A stretch of 59,807 nt of DNA, the filler included, from Nemertoderma westbladi (taxonomy: Eukaryota > Animalia > Xenacoelomorpha), in the NCBI GenBank assembly GCA_032718475.1. It is 3 parts of 3 records of this genome, joined end to end, with 100 filler letters (N's around TTAATTAATTAA, not from the genome) between each part and the next. Parts side by side here need not be neighbours in the genome. Positions count along the whole stretch, not along the records: positions 1 to 20,217 come from JAUCBJ010005918.1; positions 20,318 to 38,380 come from JAUCBJ010006809.1; 1 more part is not named here. One strand, 5' to 3'. The notes beneath the pieces were generated by a model. That model saw nothing but the letters and a program-made list of their open reading frames with translations, searched no databases and was not told where the DNA came from. How positions within the stretch are numbered: the stretch's first letter is position 1; every line of letters starts with the position of its first letter. Of the stretch, positions 13,231 through 25,699 are shown in pieces. The translations under genes and the position numbers were made by a program.

Positions 13231-13951
13231 TAATAACTATTTACATCATTGTGTGCAAAGTAGCACTTTGCAGCGTTATGACCCGAGTTTATTTATGTAC
13301 CGAGCGAGCGCAGCGAGGGAGATTTACATCAATAAACAAGGGTCTTTAACGCTGAAAAGTGACCTTTGCAAGCAATGATGTATGTAATTTTGTTACATTA
13401 TGTCAACTTATCAGCGTTCGGTTTGTGAAGAAAGGATTTTATGGATTGCTCATTTATACATTTTAATCATGTACTATATCGAATATAAGTGAAATTTATT
13501 AACAGGTACACTGGTACACAGTATTAATTATACATTTAAATCTAATTAAAGTTTATTGGAAGTTATCTCCTGCTTGGATGTGATAAATCATTAATCCATC
13601 TTGACTATAGTCGACTGAAGCAAACTTATTCACCGTCTGTGTCCGTTCAGTTTTACTGAACACTGTCGTCACTTTCTTTGGTTAATTTAGTGTCTTCTAT
13701 TGGACGTTTCGCCATAATGGATTACAGTACATGTTAAACAATTATTTACATCCAGTAGCTAGTCCCGTCACTGCAAATTGGATAATAAAGCTGCAATCAT
13801 TAACATAAATGGAAATAATACATTCTGGAATACGGTAATTGAAGTTGTTTTGCAACGTTCCGTCCTATAGGCCGCAACGCTGCAAAGTAGTACTTTGCAG
13901 CGTTATGAGTAATTCACCAGAACGCTGTTAAGTTGACATAATGTAACAAAA
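13231..13951. mobile_element. Non-autonomous palindrome-headed element (possibly Crypton-like)
   Basis: ~155-bp imperfect hairpin centred on CGAGCGAGCGCAGCGAG, then TTTTGTTACATTATGTCAACTTATCAGCGTTC whose inverted copy forms the right end; same architecture at 57026-57621. Confidence 0.5.
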
Positions 13952-14766
13952 TATATTGTAAAAAACATTTTATTTTTTTTATTATTAGATAATCTAAATA
14001 ATATTTGTCATTTGGGTGGCTCCAAGGGGACATTGTCTTGTAAGAACCATTATATTTTTTAGTGGCCCTTTATGAACAGTGACTAATTAAGGCCATTTCG
14101 AACTTTTGGCTCAAATGGAACATGGTCTTGCATGGGCCATTGCCTTTTCAAAGGCGGTTGATACAAATTGGCTAATATCGGGCCACATTATAGTTGAGTG
14201 GCTCCAAGCGACACTATCCAATATGGGCCATTTCAGATTTGAATGGCTTTAAGGGAAATTGCCTAATATATATGAAATATATTTCATATTTAAGTGGCTC
14301 TAATGGACAATGTCTTGTAAGAGCCATTTCATTTTTGGGTGGCCCTTTATGAACAGTGTCCAATAGAGGTCATTTTGAATTTTAGTGGCTCCAATGGAAT
14401 ATTGTATTGCATGGGACAATCCTTTTTAAAGGTTTTTATAAATATATTCAAATTAAATTAAACAGTATTAGATAAAGCGGTTTTTTTGTGAGAGACATCC
14501 AGAAGTCCAATTTTTTTTTTGAAAAATAGCTTTTATCATGAGGTTTTTATTCTAGAACATTTAACATTTTGACAGTAAGATTGTAGCTAGAAATTTTGAA
14601 AAACAACAATAAAACAACAAATAATAAACAACAACAATAAAAATTTAAAATTTAAAAAAAAATTTCTTGTTGAAATTACTTTAATCATTGCTTTTATTAT
14701 TTATTAGCTACCATAAATTTTACTAGATATCATGATAATTTAATTGAAAAATTTCAAAAATTTTAA

Positions 14767-16215
14767 GACCGCGTTTACACTATACTACCGAGTCAAAGTC
14801 AAGGTCAAATTCAAAAGAAAATAAATATAGCTAGCTAGCAATAATAAATAATAATACATTATATAGGCCTAATATAATACATAAGTGCATTCTAGAAAAA
14901 ATTAATTTCATGTGATATGTTTTATAATATATTTGTGATTGTTTACATTTTGTCTTTTAAAACCCTATTAGTACCGGGCTATAAAATGCTGTACAAATAC
15001 CGGGGGGGGGGGGGGGGGGGGTCATATTGAACCCTCCCTCTAAAATCCACAAATATTAACGAAAACGTCTGAATTTACTGGGGTGGTAATATTGCAGCAC
15101 CAAAATTACAAGTAGTGCACAATTTTCACAAAATTTGAAAGTTACATTTTTCGGCTAATTGTTTTTCAAAATAGGTTTTCTGGGGCGCAAAATACATTGG
15201 AAAATATTTGAAAATGATATGATTACCATAAATGGCTGTTTAGTCCTCTATGCGTAGGAAAAAATGAAAAAAACAAGTAACCAGCACTTTTCAGTTAGAA
15301 CACAAAATTTTTAATTCACTTATATGATGCTATAAATTCACATTTTCAGGTTTTCTAGGGCACTGATTCTAATGGAATACATTTCAAATATGCCAGATCA
15401 TTGCTACTTGTATTTTTCGGCGTAATTTGACAAATTTTGGTGCTAGCACCAAATTTCGTACCCATCACCAAAAAGTACAAGTTTGCGATGTCCAGTGCTG
15501 TTTTTATTGATTCCATCGGATTCAGGACCCTCATAAATCCGTATAACAGAACAGAACAGAACAGCCATAAACCTCTAAAATGCAAGAAATAAATTGTCAC
15601 AAGCAATTTTATCTATTGAATGGATTTTCAAAATTTCGTGCTAGCACCAAAATTTGCACACAGCACCGAAAAATACAAGTTTGATACGCTTGGTGCAACT
15701 CGTATATATTTCATCGAAAACAGAACCCCAAAAAACCCCAATTGCGTAAAAAAACAAGTTTCAAACAATCAATTTACAAAATTCACATATTTCAAAATTT
15801 GGTGCAGGCACCAAAATTTGGCACCCGCCGAAAAAAACAAGTTTGAAATTTCTAAATCAATTTATATGTATTCCATCCAATTGCTAAGACCAAAAAACCG
15901 GTGTAAATAAAAAATAGAGATGTTACAATTCATATTTAATGAAATGTAATTTTCAAAAAACGTTTCAAAAAAAGTGCCAAAAGTAGAGTTAAAAAATGGT
16001 GCTATAACTCGAAAAGTACCCAATATTTTTGAAAACAGTTTTCACTACTAGGAATACAATAGATTTTTAGGAAAAGTCATAAAATTTCAGATTCCCAACT
16101 GCGTTTGTTTCAGAATTATAATAAAAAAACCACGGGGGGGGGGGTCATATTGGCCCCCTCCACCCGGGTTTAATAGGGTTAACTTTGACTTTGACTCGGT
16201 AGTGTGAACGCGGCC
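14767..16215. mobile_element. PIF/Harbinger-like MITE with a nested insertion
   Basis: TIRs GACCGCGTTTACACTA..TACCGAGTCAAAGTCAA / TTGACTTTGACTCGGTAGTGTGAACGCGGCC; TAA TSD. Confidence 0.75.
14963..16178. mobile_element. Non-autonomous piggyBac-like element
   Basis: Termini CCCTATTAGTACCGGG / CCCGGGTTTAATAGGG followed by TTAA; subterminal (G)nTCATATTG motifs; 15330-15870 is homologous (inverted) to 5100-5360 of the piggyBac at 4927-6118. Confidence 0.7.
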
Positions 16216-17204
16216 TAAAAAGTTATTTTATTCATTTTATATACGTATTATATCCATCCCGTTCTTTTTAAATACTAACCAGGCCTTTGTCTAAAAAAAT
16301 ATTTGTTCTAGAACATTAATTTTTTCAAAATAAAATGGCTAAATTTCAAAAAAAATAAATTATCAAAAACTAGCTAGTATATATAATTTGGTGAGGGGTG
16401 TATGCATACTGAAACAGTATCCACTATTTTACAGTCAAAATAGCCAAGTTGCTATAAAAGTTTCCGGCCAAGTTGCTGGTGAAGTTGCTGGTAAAGTTGG
16501 CACGTGTAAACATTAAACAGCGATTAAATTAAATTGCTCCAAACACATTGCTAGTTGCCGAGAAAGTTGCTCTAAAAGTTGCCACGTGTAAACAGGCCTT
16601 TAGGACAGGGGGCATTGTTTTGTAGGGGCCATATCCTTTTTAATGGCCTTTTAAGTACATGGTCTAAAGTAGGCCATTTTGCTGCTATTAAAATTCAATA
16701 AACATGTCCACTTTCAGTGAGAAATAGTAAATAAATTCAGAAAATAAAAAAAGTTAATGAAAATATAAATCGTAAGATCGATATTATGAAATGTAAGCAA
16801 ATAAGACAATACCGATGGATCGTAATATTGTTATTTTCGCAGACTACATATTAAATTTAGAAATGAAGCGACATATTAAACACCTTTAACTAAGAATTAT
16901 ATTTTGTCATGAAATCGGCTATTTCTCCGCCGATTTTTGCTGGAATGATTTGAAATTTGTTCAGAAATGTTGACACTTGTTCAGAATACCTTTTGCACAA
17001 AAATGCACTTTTGGCCACAGCAGAGTGCCATTTTGTGGCCTATTTTTTTAATTATTTGGTTTGGCCATTTTTAAACACACCAGACGATAATTAGTACCAC
17101 AAAAAATAACTTTCTAATATAGTTTAAGATTTCAAAATGTTTCAGATTTAGTCATTAAAAACGTATGTTAATTCTAGGAAAAGTTAAGGGATTTGAATAT
17201 TGAG

Positions 17205-19931
17205 TATTTCTGTGAATACAGACTCAGACACACACGGGCACGATGTTACTCCCCCCCCCCCCCCCCCCCAATACTTCCCAGTCCCACCGTTGTTAACAAC
17301 AGTTATTTTATCATATAATAAAAAATATAGGTCTACATCCACTGAAGTGCCCATCGTGAAGTGAAATCCCAAGTGAAGTGCGATATCAAGATTTCCTTAG
17401 AATATGCCCTGAATTAGAAATACAGAGATATGAAATGGCCCTAAAACCTAAAACAAATATATTAAATGGCCTTCCCAGGAAAATACACCCATGTTAGATT
17501 GAGTTCATAATCTACAGTTAATTACTTTAAATTTATTAACAGTGGCCCCTTTATAATATCAAAATATAAAATATGGCCCTAAATTCATAAATTAATTTTA
17601 TTGATGTCTATTGGCAGAAATAGACTGGCAGACAGACATGTGTCAAACGGAAAAGACAGGGGGAAGGATAATTGGGATTACAATCAGAGATGTGAGGCAA
17701 AGGTGGCTTCTACTGCTTGCCTTGCCATTTGCCCATCGCCTTATAAGTTAATAATAAAAGTAAGTAATAATAGTAAAGTAAAGTGAAATCCTCCTCCAGT
17801 TTCGTTATTTATGATACGTTAAGCTGAAACTTGTGAAATCAGTACTATAGTACCTGTAAATTTCAAATTATATCAGGCTCAGCATATTATAGTTACCCCC
17901 CTCCCCTCATACCTCCCACCGTTGTTTACAGCAGTTATTGTATTATATAATAAATAATATCCACCAAAATCCCAATTGAAGTGCGATATCAAGATTTCCT
18001 TAGAATATTCCCTGAATTAGAAATACAGAGATATGAAATGGCCCTAAAACCTAAAACAAATATATTAAATGGCCTTCCTAGGAAAATACACCCATGTTAG
18101 ATTGAGTTCATTTTACGATGCTTCAAGAGGGGCATGGCGCTTCTCCGGAGAGACAAATTTTAGATTTTTCGATTCTACTTCTATAAGAATAATGTAAGAC
18201 ATTTTCTTTTTCTTAATACGGAAATTTATTTAATGATGATGTGTAATGATCAGTTTCAGTGATGTATGCGCTTGCATACATCAATTTCTTGCTACGAATG
18301 TGTTGTTCAAAAACCCGTTCGAGTAACAACATAACAACATAAATAATTATAACACCTACTTTTGGTCTACAAATGTAGACCTTGAGCGCTATTGGGTTTT
18401 AATTCTAACTAATTTTAGGGTGAGTCCAAAACAAAGACCAAAGACCCTAGAGTGTACAAAACAAAGAGGTAAAGTCGCTTTAGGTCCCATTGCCATTTAA
18501 AGGAGCAAGTTAGTAAAGAGCAGGTTACAGAAGCGTGTTGGTGGAACCAAAACAATAAACGAAAGTTAACACATTTTACAAGATTATGCAGGTTACTTAA
18601 TTGGGCCTTGGGTCTTTATTTTGTACTCACCCCTAATATTGTCTCTAATTGATAAAAAGGTATCTGGAGATGTATTAAGAATTATAAGATCCTTGAAGAA
18701 TAACTCTGAATAATTTTTGTCGTCAAATGAAACATAGACCTATGGATGCACCAACGGAAGAGGTGAAGTCACTTATCCTAGATCAATCGAAATGAGGTAG
18801 CTGCTTGTATAAGGAATCCTACAATTGTTTAGTCACGTTGGAAGAACAATATTACAGGCGTGCATATAATGTGTGCAATGCGTGCATGTGTTAGCCTATG
18901 TTTGGGGTGTATTCTAATTATGTTCTAACTGTGTTCTCGTGTGTTCCCTTATGTTCTATAAATAGTTCTATCCGGCGTGCAAAAGCTTGATCCAGACCCC
19001 TCTAACCATCTCACAATCCAGTCAGGCAGCCTTAGATTTGGCAAAAATGGAATCTGCGTCGATAACATCATATAATATGCTGAGTCTGTTATAATCTGAA
19101 ATTTCTTAACAGAGATTAAAACTACATGTTTTTGTATGGAAAATGTGCCTGAGCTAGTATTATGCACCTTAATTATTAATATAATGATTGCCAGGTGTCA
19201 CATCAAAACGATTATAAAATACGAAATATCGAAGGTAAAATTTTAGTATTTGGCCCTCTACAGTGGACTGGGGAACTGCATATGGATCAGTTTCTCCCCA
19301 ATGATGCAGCGCAGGTTGTATTATAGTATTGATTTCACAAGTTTCAGCTTAAACGTATCATAAATAACGAAACTGGAGGAGGATTTCACTTTACTATTAT
19401 TACTTACTTTTATTATTAACTTATAAGGCAATGGGCAAATGGCAAGGCAAGCAGTAGAAGCCACCTTTGCCTCACATCTCTGATCGTAATCCCAATTATC
19501 CTTCCCCCTGTCTTTTCCATTTGACACATGTCTGTCTGCAAGTCTATTTCTGCCAATAGACATCAATAAAATTAATTTATAAATTTAGGGCCATATTTTA
19601 TATTTTGATATTATAAAGGGGCCACTGTTAATAAATTTAAAGTAATTAACTGTAGATTATGAACTCAATCTAACATGGGTGTATTTTCTTAGGAAGGCCA
19701 TTTAATATATTTGTTTTAGGTTTTAGGGCCATTTCATATCTCTGTATTTCTAAATCAGGGCATGTTCTAAGGAAATCTTGATATCGCACTTCAATTGGGA
19801 TTTGGGTGGGTATTATTTATTATATAATACAATAACTGCTGTAAACAACGGTGGGAAATATGAGGGGAGGGGGTAACTCTGTGAAACAGTACAACGTGCC
19901 CGTGCGTGTCTGAGTCTGTATTCACAGATAT
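17205..19931. repeat. ~600-bp inverted duplication (17205-17850 vs 19321-19931) plus a direct partial copy (17890-18110)
   Basis: Near-identical sequence on opposite strands; gives the mirror ORFs 17601-17786(+) and 19321-19566(-). Confidence 0.9.
18417..18633. mobile_element. Short MITE of the same family as 4688-6248
   Basis: TIRs AGGGTGAGTCCAAAACAAAGACC / GGTCTTTATTTTGTACTCACCC. Confidence 0.65.
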
Positions 19932-20119
19932 ACGCACTATAACCACATACCCTTTGCCGGAGTCATGATTGCTGCATAGAGCATTGATACCAACCGTGAC
20001 AGTAGGGACAGATGGTGACTCACCCCCCCCCCCCCCCCCCCCCCCCAGGTCGGCGAGGTCCCAAGTGTTTGGAACTCATTCAACCTAAATACACGTGCAG
20101 AACTCCCTCAAAAAATCAA

Positions 20120-20217
20120 AATGATGTTCGCGCTAGTTCCAAAGAATGGCAACCTAACACACTTTGGATCTTTTCATGAAATCACGTTGATCTCAATTAC
20201 TGCAAGGATATAATACA
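20120..20217 (+). pseudogene. Degenerate LINE (RTE-like) RT fragment cut by the gap
   Basis: LVPKNGNLTHFGSFHEITLISITARI resembles the PKKGDL...YRGISL motif. Confidence 0.4.
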
Positions 20218-20317
20218 NNNNNNNNNNNNNNNNNNNNNNNNNNNNNNNNNNNNNNNNNNNNTTAATTAATTAANNNNNNNNNNNNNNNNNNNNNNNNNNN
20301 NNNNNNNNNNNNNNNNN
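20218..20317. other. Artificial contig linker / assembly gap
   Basis: 100 nt of N with TTAATTAATTAA (stops in six frames) in the middle. Confidence 0.97.
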
Positions 20318-22085
20318 CAAAATCATAACAAAAAGTCCCGTGACTTTAGCTCTCTTATTTTCCAAGAATCCCGTTCAACACATGTAATCAGCAGTGAGAC
20401 AGGATAATTTCAGTTCAGTAGCTCGGGATTGGTCGAAATCAGAACTAACTCAACGCAGGGCTATGGGTAACTGGGGCAACCTTCCCAAGCCGGCTGTCCA
20501 ATCGAACAGCTCAGATCCCTCCTAAAGGATTCCAACGCCTTGGAAGGGGGAACTGGTTAGCAAAGAAAACAAATCAGTCATATCCCAGAAAAACCTTTAC
20601 AGTAGGTTTCAGAGTATTTTAGCGTATGGGGGAAAAACTGGGTTGCGGGGCGAAGGGCCAGTTACATCCCACAGAAGCTTTTACACTACATCAAACAATA
20701 GTAAACTGTATGCTGTTAGCTAGTCAATGTTGTTAGCGTTGCCTAGCGACAAAGTGGAACAGTAAATCAGAACGTTTAAACTAAGATTTTCCCGCGCTGG
20801 TGTATAACCCAATTTCAGCCGGAACTCGATGAATTTAAAAACGGTTTTCAAATTCGTGATCAGCACACCTTTTTACATTTTATGAACGTGTTTATAGAAA
20901 ATTATTTTTTTGAGTCACCAACCCTATTAGTTTGTATTTATGTTCGATGATCAACAACACCCACTGTCGTTTTGTTTCCACACGTTATTACAAACTTTCA
21001 TATTTGTAGTTTCGACTCAAAAAACCCCTTAAAGACAAAACGAGAGGTTATCATCTAACCGTCGTTGTCCGCCTCCAATGCTACAAGTTCGCCACTCTCA
21101 GGCTACAGTAAAAAGCAACAATTATTTTTGAAAATAATTCTTTATTTTGGCATACAGTAATGCATCTCAATTTCCTTTCCTTAATGATTTTAATTTCGCA
21201 TTCTTACGAAAGCTTTGTTCTACTTTTTATTGTGCAAATCCAAACAGACTGATAAGAAAATGTCATAAGGAAATCATTATAGAATGAAATTAAAATCCGT
21301 TACGGTAGGCTAATTCTCTCCAAAATCAGTACAAAACGTGAAGATTAAGTTAAGCTAGTTCCATCGCAGTTCCACCTTGCGTAGCAGCACTTTAAATATA
21401 TAGTTTTTTTTAATACAATCGATTACTAGCTAGTATATTCTAATAATATTTCCCACAATCTTGAACAAATTCATGTTTGGAGTATATTACCTCAAAAAAT
21501 CGGGATTACAGTATACGGATATAATATGTACTGGATTGTTGCCCCAGCAACGTGTAAACAAAAAGCGAGAATTAATGATAAACGTTGTTTTTACCAATTG
21601 GGGAAAGGAGCAGGTTACAGAGGTATGCTTTTGTAACCAAAACAATAAACCGTGTTGTTACCAATTGGGGGAAAGGAACAGGTTACAGAGGTAGGCTTTT
21701 ATAACCAAAACATTAAGCAGTGTTTTTATCAATTTGTTTTCCAATTGGGTCAATTAGTTTTCCGCGTAGCTGATTTCATATATGACACTCAAAAGTTTCG
21801 TTTCTGAATTGATAATAAAATATAATAAATAATTAATAAAGAATAAAGTATAAATAATAAAGATAATAAATAATTGATGACAAAAATTGATAATAAATTT
21901 GATGGTTACTACCATACTGATCGGCAACCTACTGTACTACTACTGCTGTAGTAGTACTACAGCAGTACTACAGCAGCTGTACCCCTACTGTACTGTACAG
22001 CTTCAGAATTATCGAACAAACACAAAATCTTTTAGTTTGAAATTATTTTTCGTCATGGGGGGAACAGCACCGCACCAGCATATCA

Positions 22086-24103
22086 GGCTCATTCCATGAA
22101 AAGGTCAACCTCCCCACTAATTTCTAAAAATGAGATGTAGCTTTGAATTTATACTTATTTTAGGTCAAAATTTATCGTACTTCATGAATTCAGTGCTAAA
22201 AATTGTATCAACACAGGTGGTTTATCAAAAATCGTCGAATTACAAATTATGCACCTGCTCTGCACAAAATGTGAATAAAAGTGTGCAAAAGTTTCGTTTC
22301 CTGTAGGCACTTCCTATGACCAATAAATTAACATTTCTAAGCATGTACCAAATCAAAAACAAACCCATTTTCGAATTTTTTTGGTTTCATTTAATTTCAC
22401 CAGTGTTTCATTCCTCTGTAATGAAATCGATAAAGTTAATCTTGTGATGTCCCATACTTTACCTAAAATAGTGAAATTTTTATTTATTCACAGAGATGTA
22501 ACTCAGCCTAATCACCCAGTGGAATGCAAAGCACGTTTGTGTTGCGTCATCGTATAAAACAATTAGTTTCATCTTTACTCGCTCAGAAATATCATGGCGG
22601 CCAATTGAAAATTGTCCCATACTTTACCATTAAAATGGCGAATATATTAGTGCACTGTATTAATGTAATATCTGAAGCCATGAGTGATATAATACTCTAA
22701 GGTCATAGTCGGCCGTAAGAATAGGAGTCTATATTTGAACTGAGAATCATTCCTCAGTCAAGAAATCTTTGGGTTTATGCATGTAAAGTCCCATACTTTA
22801 CCAAAAATTAGTGAAATTTTTTATTTATACACATAGAAGTAGTCTAACTCAGCCCAATCACCCAGTGGAATGCAAAGCACGTTTGTGTTGCGTCATCTTA
22901 AGAAACAATTACCTGTAGTTTCATAATCTACTCCCTCAGAAACATCATGATCACGGCCAATTGAAAATTGTCCCATACTTTACCATTATAATGGCGATTA
23001 CATTTTAGTGCACTGTATTAATGTAATATATGAAACCTGGAGGGCAGGAGTGTTATAATGCTTTAGGGTGATAGTAGGGGGAAGCATAGAAGTATGTATT
23101 TGAACTAAGAATCATTCATCAGTTAACTAATCTTTGAGTTTATGCATGTAAAGTCCCGTACTTTACAACAAATTTCAAAAAATTTAGTTTTTTAGCAGAT
23201 AAGAAGATCGGTAAGTACAGTAATTGATACATTTTCAGAAAAATGGAAAGAATTTCTAAACTTTTCACAGACTACATGTGTACCAAGTTTGGTTATATTA
23301 CATCAATGATTGGCAGACTTATTTCGGTTTTTATCAAAATTTTGAAACTATCGGTACCAACAGACAGATGTCTGATATGTGACCTTTAATTCCTTAAACT
23401 TCAGATTCTTTCCAAACTTTTGACAGACTTCATACGTACCAGGTTTGGTTTAATTTCATCTAAAAATGACCGAGTTATACAGTATTAGCGATCAAAAATT
23501 TGACAGATGAAATCCTCAAACTCCTCAAGGGCACATATGCTAAGACTTCGGGTCAATTTGTGGGCCGCCCCACAATTTGTATCCATATCTTGGTTGGAAA
23601 TACTTAGTTGCACTTTATTATCACTAATTATCCAGAAATTACTGTTAGGTTAAGTGTAAGAGACCATTTTGACCATAAAATTCGTACAGGTCCCGTACTT
23701 TACTTAGCAATGTCCCATACTTTACCACACAAACCACACTGTAAAAAATTAGCAATGCAGCAATTCGTCTTATATTTATATTTTTATTTAAGCTTAATAA
23801 TACAGCTTTATCCTAAACATCAACTCAACACTGTACCTGCGCACAATTCGCTAAATTTTAGAATTGAAATCATAAAATAAAAAAAACCATTTCGTACGAA
23901 TCCGTACTTTACCTTAATTGGACAAGCTGGTGTTTTCTCAAAAGTGACTAAGTCACGCCATAATCTTCGCGAAATCAAAGCTGATATTCGAAAGTTCAAT
24001 CCAAGCACAATTTTGTGCACATATGTGCTGTGGATAACATTGTACAGGCAATCAAAGTTCAAAATTGTGTACGAATGTCCCGTACTTTACTTTGGAATGA
24101 GCC
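22086..24103. mobile_element. Non-autonomous DNA transposon, Sola2-like termini
   Basis: TIR GGCTCATTCCA / TGGAATGAGCC; 4-bp TSD ATCA; ~9 internal TCCCRTACTTTAC motifs; internal ~350-bp tandem duplication. Confidence 0.75.
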
Positions 24104-24340
24104 ATCACCGAAAATGATGGTAGCATTGCCTTAAAATATTTTTAACAAGTTTTCAGCGACCTCGAAAACTCTTTATACGGGCCAGAGAGGGTTAATGATA
24201 GTTTACATAGTGGGGATGATTTGTTGTATCCTCATAGACTCACTCTATGCTATAGTAGCTACATGTAGTACCTCAATTTGATATGAAATTATTGGTTGCC
24301 TTACTGTACTAACCATGGCTCTGATATTGAATGTACGAAT

Positions 24341-24519
24341 GTCGATGTCCTCATGAAGCCGGAATTTTCGATTATGACTGTAAATAAACTGCGTTTTAAA
24401 AAAGTGTCTTTTGCGAAATCGCACCCTGAGAGCAATTCGCAAAAGACACTTTTTTAAAACGCCTATATAAACAAATTTACAGTCAAAATCGAAAATTCCG
24501 GCTTCATGGGGAAATCGAC
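24341..24519. repeat. ~180-bp foldback palindrome next to a Tc1/mariner-like end (~24545-24560)
   Basis: CATGAAGCCGGAATTTTCGAT...GCGTTTTAAAAAAGTGTCTTTTGCGAA and its reverse complement. Confidence 0.8.
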
Positions 24520-24838
24520 GGTAAATTGAAGGGTTGGCACTATCTTTCGGGTCACGGTGTATAATTTAATTTGATTTTTTTTTTGTACAGTAGTAATCCT
24601 TAGGAGGTTGGTTATACTGTACTATGGCAGGTATCTACGGTACTACAACATAAGCATACAGCATGATGTACAGTAGAATAAACTTGCCAAGGAAAGCGGC
24701 TTTAGACTGATTGTTTGATGTCATTCATGTGGCTTTTTATTAATAAGTTATTAACTAAAATAATAAAAACAAATTTATGTTTGAAATGAAGAAGAAACTT
24801 TTGTACTGAAATCTTTCTAGTTATAGTATAAACCTCAC

Positions 24839-25043
24839 CTATCATAATCATCAAAGCAATGGGCAGCAGTGACGACATATTGGCAATGTACAAGTGTACC
24901 GCCACACCCATGTTTTCCGTTAAACTGCAGAGAAACTTGCCAAGGATATGACGAAGGTACGGCTTCTTCACCTCCAACAATCTTGGGTATAGGATTACCC
25001 TGTGCTATTGCTGGTCTACCACAGATATCCGTAGGAGGTTTGC
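24839..25043 (-). CDS. Exon of a trypsin-like (S1) serine protease: activation site and catalytic His
   Basis: CG...[43 protein letters not shown]; ttctag acceptor and gtgag donor. Confidence 0.9.
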
Positions 25044-25699
25044 CTAGAATAAATAACATGTCATATGGTTTCTAGAAACTACTCTTGTAGCCATATATAC
25101 TGTATTATAGTAATGCTAATTTGAAATCTCTCAAAAACTTATAGGACTTTGAGAAAACAAATATAATAATACTATATTTTGAATACTCATGCTACTGGTG
25201 ATGACTTTCATGTCCTATTGTTCCGGTATAGTTTTGTTTCAGAGCTGGCTGCACACAAACTATACGTTTGGGTGACGCTAGTTCTAAAGTATTTTAGTTC
25301 TATTACTGATATATCATTAGATGACAGCTGTGAATGTTCTTAACATGATCGTAATTTGTTCTATTTGAGTAACCGCCTCTATCGATCCAATCAAATCTTC
25401 AGTAGAATATAAAAGTAGGCCTAAATCAATAATAATTAAATATCAATATCCATATACTGTATAATATATATATATAATATATAATATCCATAAATATCAA
25501 TATAATTTTTTTTAATCATTACGCCCCCAAGCGAGGCAACTGGGAAATTTAATCATTATTTCAATAAATTGAACAATAAATATAAATACAGTATGTTAAA
25601 ATATAATATAGGAACTAAACACATGAAACAATAATACAATAGAAAATTAATTAACTAAAAAGGGATTATTATTATATCATCGTAAAATAAGGTTATATT

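Noticed and set aside
17601-17786. Duplicated 61/81-aa ORF as a gene
   Set aside because: Identical only because of the inverted duplication; no ATG start and no domain
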